A DNA stretch of 63,701 bases, the filler included, from Folioceros fuciformis (lineage: Eukaryota), in the NCBI GenBank assembly GCA_049999805.1. It is 18 parts of 18 records of this genome, joined end to end, with 100 filler letters (N's around TTAATTAATTAA, not from the genome) between each part and the next. Parts side by side here need not be neighbours in the genome. Positions count along the whole stretch, not along the records: positions 57,669 to 61,975 come from JBNGIO010002743.1; positions 62,076 to 63,701 come from JBNGIO010002745.1; 16 more parts are not named here. One strand, 5' to 3'. The notes beneath the pieces are model-generated. The model was not told the DNA's origin. It was given only the letters and a program-made list of their open reading frames with translations, and did no database searches. Positions 59,395-63,701 of this stretch are shown here, in pieces (position 1 is the first letter of the stretch; the number at the start of each line of letters is the position of its first letter). A program made the translations under genes and the position numbers.

Positions 59395-61975
59395 TGTTAG
59401 AAAATAGTTAATCCCAGGTTAAATGCTTAGACCAATACCACACAGATCAATTCCCAATCTTGTTGATACATATAGTCTGTGCCTACATATATAGGCTTAG
59501 ACATAGCCTGATATCTAGTGAGTGATGAACTCTATCTCGATCCTATTATTCACTTATATAGATCAAGGGTTTAGACTCACTCAAGGATACTGTGTACAAA
59601 CATGGATGTGTTGCACTAATCTTATGGATTTCTAACACTCCCACTCAACATATCAATAGGAAGACTCACTCACTTAGTCCTAGCATCTTGCTAAATGTTA
59701 AACCTGTGGTTAGAATGTCAGCGGGCATGTCCTCTGTGGGACAATAAGCTAATTCTGCCTCTTTGGATTGGATTTTCTCCCTGATGAAGTGATGCTTCAC
59801 TTCAATGTGTTTTGTCCTTGCATGAAAAACAACATTCTTGGCTAAGTGAATGCAGCCCTGATTGTCATTAAAGATGGGTGTTGCGTCTTTCTGCTTGAAT
59901 CTCATTTCATTGAACAATCTACATAGTCATATTGCTTCCATGGTCGCTGCTGACGTTGCCATATACTCTGCTTCTGTTGAGGATAGTGCCACAGTAGGCT
60001 GACGCCTACTACTCCATGAAATGGCTCCCCCAAAGAGCATAAAGACATATCATGTGGTGGACTTGCGGGTATCAACATCTCCGGCCCAACCTGAATCACA
60101 AAATCCAACAACCTGGGCTTCCAGTTTTGCTTCCTTTGGTAGGTTAGCTTCCAATGCTTTGTACCCTGCAAGTACCTGAGTATTCTCTTTACTGCTTGAT
60201 AATGCTGTTGTTGAGGATTGACTAAAAACTGACTCACAACTCCCACTGCTTCTGCAATGTCGGGCCTAGTGCTTGTTGCTAAATAAGTGAGACAGCCAAC
60301 AGCACGCTGGTAGAGATTCTTATCAACCGGTTCCTTTGCATTGTCTATTGTCGGGTCCGCTTCCTACAAGAACTTCTCATCAAGGATCATTGGTGTCTTT
60401 ATTGGTTTACAATCTTGCATCCCAAATCGCTCCAGTATAGTCTTGATATATGTTTGTTGACTTAAAGAGATTACCTTGTTGATCCTATCTCTTTCCACCT
60501 GTATTCCCAAGAAATAATGGAGTTCGCCAAGATCTCATACATCAAAGCTTTCACTGAGGCTTTTCTTTGCTGAGTTCATAAGTTCCTTATCGTTGCTGGC
60601 GATGATTAAGTCATCCACATACATGGCAATGATGACGATGGATCCTCCTACTCGCTTCACGTAAATGTTCCAATCAGCGTTGGTTTTCTTGAAACCTCTG
60701 GTCTGGAAATGATCATCAATCTTACGATACCATGCTAGGGCAAATTTTTTAAGACCATAGATTGCTTTTAACAACTTACATACTTCACCCTTGCGTCTAG
60801 GTATCTCATATCCTTCAGGTTGCTCCATAAAGATTTCTTCCTCTAGGTCTCCATTCAGGAAAGCAGTTTGAACATCCATATGATGTAACTCCATATTCAA
60901 AGTAGCTGCAATAGCAAGAAGAGCTCGGATAGATGCTATCTTGGCGACGGGAGAAAAAGTATCGGTATAGTCCACACCTGGAACTTGTGTATACCCTTTC
61001 CCTACCAATCTTGCCTTGTAGCGCTCTATGCTACCATCAGCCTTTCGCTTAATCTTGAAAGTCTATTAGGACCCTATGGGTTTCCTTCCAGGAGGTAAAG
61101 GAGTAATTTCCCACGTTTTGTTTTTGATGAGTGAGTGATACTCACTGTCCACAGCTTCTTTCCATTCCTTCGCCTTTGGGCCTGCAAAGGCTTCCTGCAA
61201 GCTTCATGGTTTGCCCGCATCCACAAAACATGCCTCCTCATATGCGCATCCATTGATTGATTCTAGAAACTTGTGTGAGGGCTTTCGTGATCAAGTTGAT
61301 CTACATACTACTAGTTGCATCTCTACGATGGTATGATCCCCATCTTCGCCTTCAACTGTGACGGGTCTCAAAACTTCATCTGCGTCTTCAACCGCAGTGA
61401 CATTAGGAGTGTCTCTCTCTCCCCCCTCTATGTCGCAAGGTTGAGAAGGTGGGACAAGCATCGGACCAAGGCGCTCAAGGTTGCTCCTAGCTGGAGAATC
61501 CACAATGCAGTCATTTGCACACCTGTAGGGATCCTGTGACATAAATGTGGGAGGAACAGAGGAAGCTCCCACTCTTGTTTGAGGTGCAATAGCCTCATGA
61601 AATACGACGTCCCTGCTGAAGATGATCTTTTTTGCGGTAAGATCATATAGCCAATAACCCTTAACCTCATCGGAATATCCAAGCATGATACACTTAATGC
61701 CGTTAGGATTCCATTTGGTTCGGTTTTGCTTCGGAACATGAGCATATACCACAGAACCAAAAATCCTAAAATGACTGACATCGGGTTTTACGCCAGTCCA
61801 TGCTTCTTCCGGAGTCTTGCCAGGTAAGGCTTTAGTGGGGACTCGATTTAACATATGAGTTGCTGTTAGAACAGCCTCGCCCCAAAAACGCACCTCCAAC
61901 CCACTTTGATGGAGCATGCATTTTGCCGCCTCCACCAAGCTCCTTAGCTTGCGCTCTGCCACACCATTCTGCTGA
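59395..61975 (-). mobile_element. Ty1/copia 3' half: integrase, RT, RNase H, PPT, 3' LTR (59395-59637)
   Basis: [48 protein letters not shown] with 9-bp inverted ends TGTTAGAAA/TTTCTAACA. Confidence 0.95.
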
Positions 61976-62857
61976 NNNNNNNNNNNNNNNNNNNNNNNNN
62001 NNNNNNNNNNNNNNNNNNNTTAATTAATTAANNNNNNNNNNNNNNNNNNNNNNNNNNNNNNNNNNNNNNNNNNNNGCACAAAATGCTAATAAATGTAGAT
62101 GTAGATAATCCGATGAAGCCAACACCGCCAATTAAGGCCGAATATGATGAATTCAAAATAAATGAAGATTCAAAAGAGTCAGAAGACTCCATAAAACAAG
62201 AAGAGACCCCCCAGCAGGCTGTTTATGATGGTAGCCCAAGCTGGAGGTCACATCCTTGTGCAGATAACCAAATAAAGGATGTTATAGCAGCAACAACAGG
62301 AGAGCAAAGAAGTAAGTGGGAAAGATGATACCAAAAAACCAGGTAAACTAAACTAACATTTTCCTAATATTTGCCTCTATTTTGCAGGTGTAGATAAAAA
62401 TGTGGGCACAAGTCATATGAGTTTTGCCCTACCTCTACGACCTACTCTAGAGAGAGCAAGTGCAAAGAAGAAAATTCCTAGTTCCTACCTGCCAGTTGGT
62501 AATTTATGTAAGGCAACCTACGTGGTTCTTCCTGGAGGAAAGGATGACTTTGAAGTTCCCATGAAGTATGTATGTGAAAAGAGAGGAATAAAAATGATGT
62601 GGTTGGGTGTTTCCACATGTGAAAAATATGAAGGACACACCAAACACTTGTACAGTAAGTAACCTAACGACTTAAGTACTATCTTTTCATCATTTTCACT
62701 TTATAACCCATGGAGTGTATTATAGGATCCTTCTGGGCATTGGAGAGAGAAAATAAGGAGTACAGTGAAGACTACATAGAGTTAGGAGAGGAACTATCTA
62801 TGCTAAATAAGATGTGTGGACTGTAGGGAATACAATTACACATGCTAGCTAGCTGAC

Positions 62858-63701
62858 TTAAACCTCTTGAATGCCTAACATTTTCATGTGTTTTAAATGC
62901 AAATCTCTCCCTAATGATTTAGTTAACAGATCAGCTGGGTTGTTTTGGGTTGGTATATAACTGATATATATGGTCTTATCTTCCAATTTCTCTCTGATAT
63001 AGTGATACTCAACAGCTATATGTTTGGTCCTGGAATGAAAAACAGGGTTTCTAGCAAGTGCTATGGCGCCCTGACTATCACTAAAAAGAGATGTTGGGTT
63101 ATGTTGAGGGTGATTGAGTTCACTCAAAACTAGCCTAGACCATACTATATCCTTGGAAAGAGATGTTAGTACTCTATATTCAGGTTCAGTACTAGGCAAG
63201 GCAATGGTAGGCTGTTTCTTACTCGACCATGATATTTGGGCTCCTCCAAGAAGTAAAACATAACCTGATACGGATTTTCGAGTATCAGGATCACTAGCAT
63301 AATCAGCATCGGCATATGCCGTAAGTGTTAATGTTTTGATTGCTGGTGTATGCTTAAATGTTAGCCCTGTATGCATAGTCCCTTTAAGGTATCAAAAAAT
63401 ACGCTTAACTGACATCCAATGTTGGTGTCCAGGGTTCTCCAAAAACTGTGAGCAAGAGCTGACTTCAAAAGAAATATCAGGTCTAGTGAAATTACATAAA
63501 TATATAAGAGTGCCAACAGCATGTCGATATGGGACAGATGCCATTTCCATTTTCTCTTGAGCACTCTTAGGACTCATATCGGAGGAAAGCCTGATGCCAC
63601 TAGCAAAGGGTGTAGGTGCAGGCTTTGCATCTTCCATTCCAAACTTTGCTAAACTCTCCTTTATGTACTTGGTTTGAACTATGCTCAACTTTTTATTACT
63701 C
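62858..63701 (-). mobile_element. Ty1/copia RT C-terminus and RNase H
   Basis: TRPDI, YADADYA..D.RKS.SG, SWSSKKQ, ARNPVFHSRTKHI, ADLLTKSL. Confidence 0.94.

Overview
Eukaryotic plant DNA, not a contiguous locus. It is 18 short contigs joined by 17 artificial 100-bp linkers (N44-TTAATTAATTAA-N44, stop codons in all six frames), so adjacency across linkers carries no biological meaning. The PLS-type PPR and the transposon repertoire suggest a seedless land plant (fern or lycophyte-like); this is inference. Most of the window is nested, decayed transposable elements: many Ty1/copia fragments with LTRs, PBS and PPT; two L1-type LINE pieces; a CRE-like RLE non-LTR retrotransposon; a MULE/SWIM transposase; pogo/DDE_1 elements; large LTR-like elements carrying uncharacterised accessory ORFs; and several tandem repeats. 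The only intact host gene is a 4-exon class III peroxidase (32676-34071, minus), which lacks both cysteines of the normally invariant Cys44-Cys49 disulfide. A frameshifted PPR pseudogene lies at about 6.8-7.9 kb. The best novelty candidates are: a conserved protein family embedded in LTR-like elements (three related copies); a young TG-ended element that shows the same terminus in all five copies; the RLE LINE; a gag-protease-only copia with an antisense AT-hook ORF; an inversion resolved through a target-site duplication; and the atypical peroxidase. No prokaryotic system, CRISPR array or RNA gene is supported.
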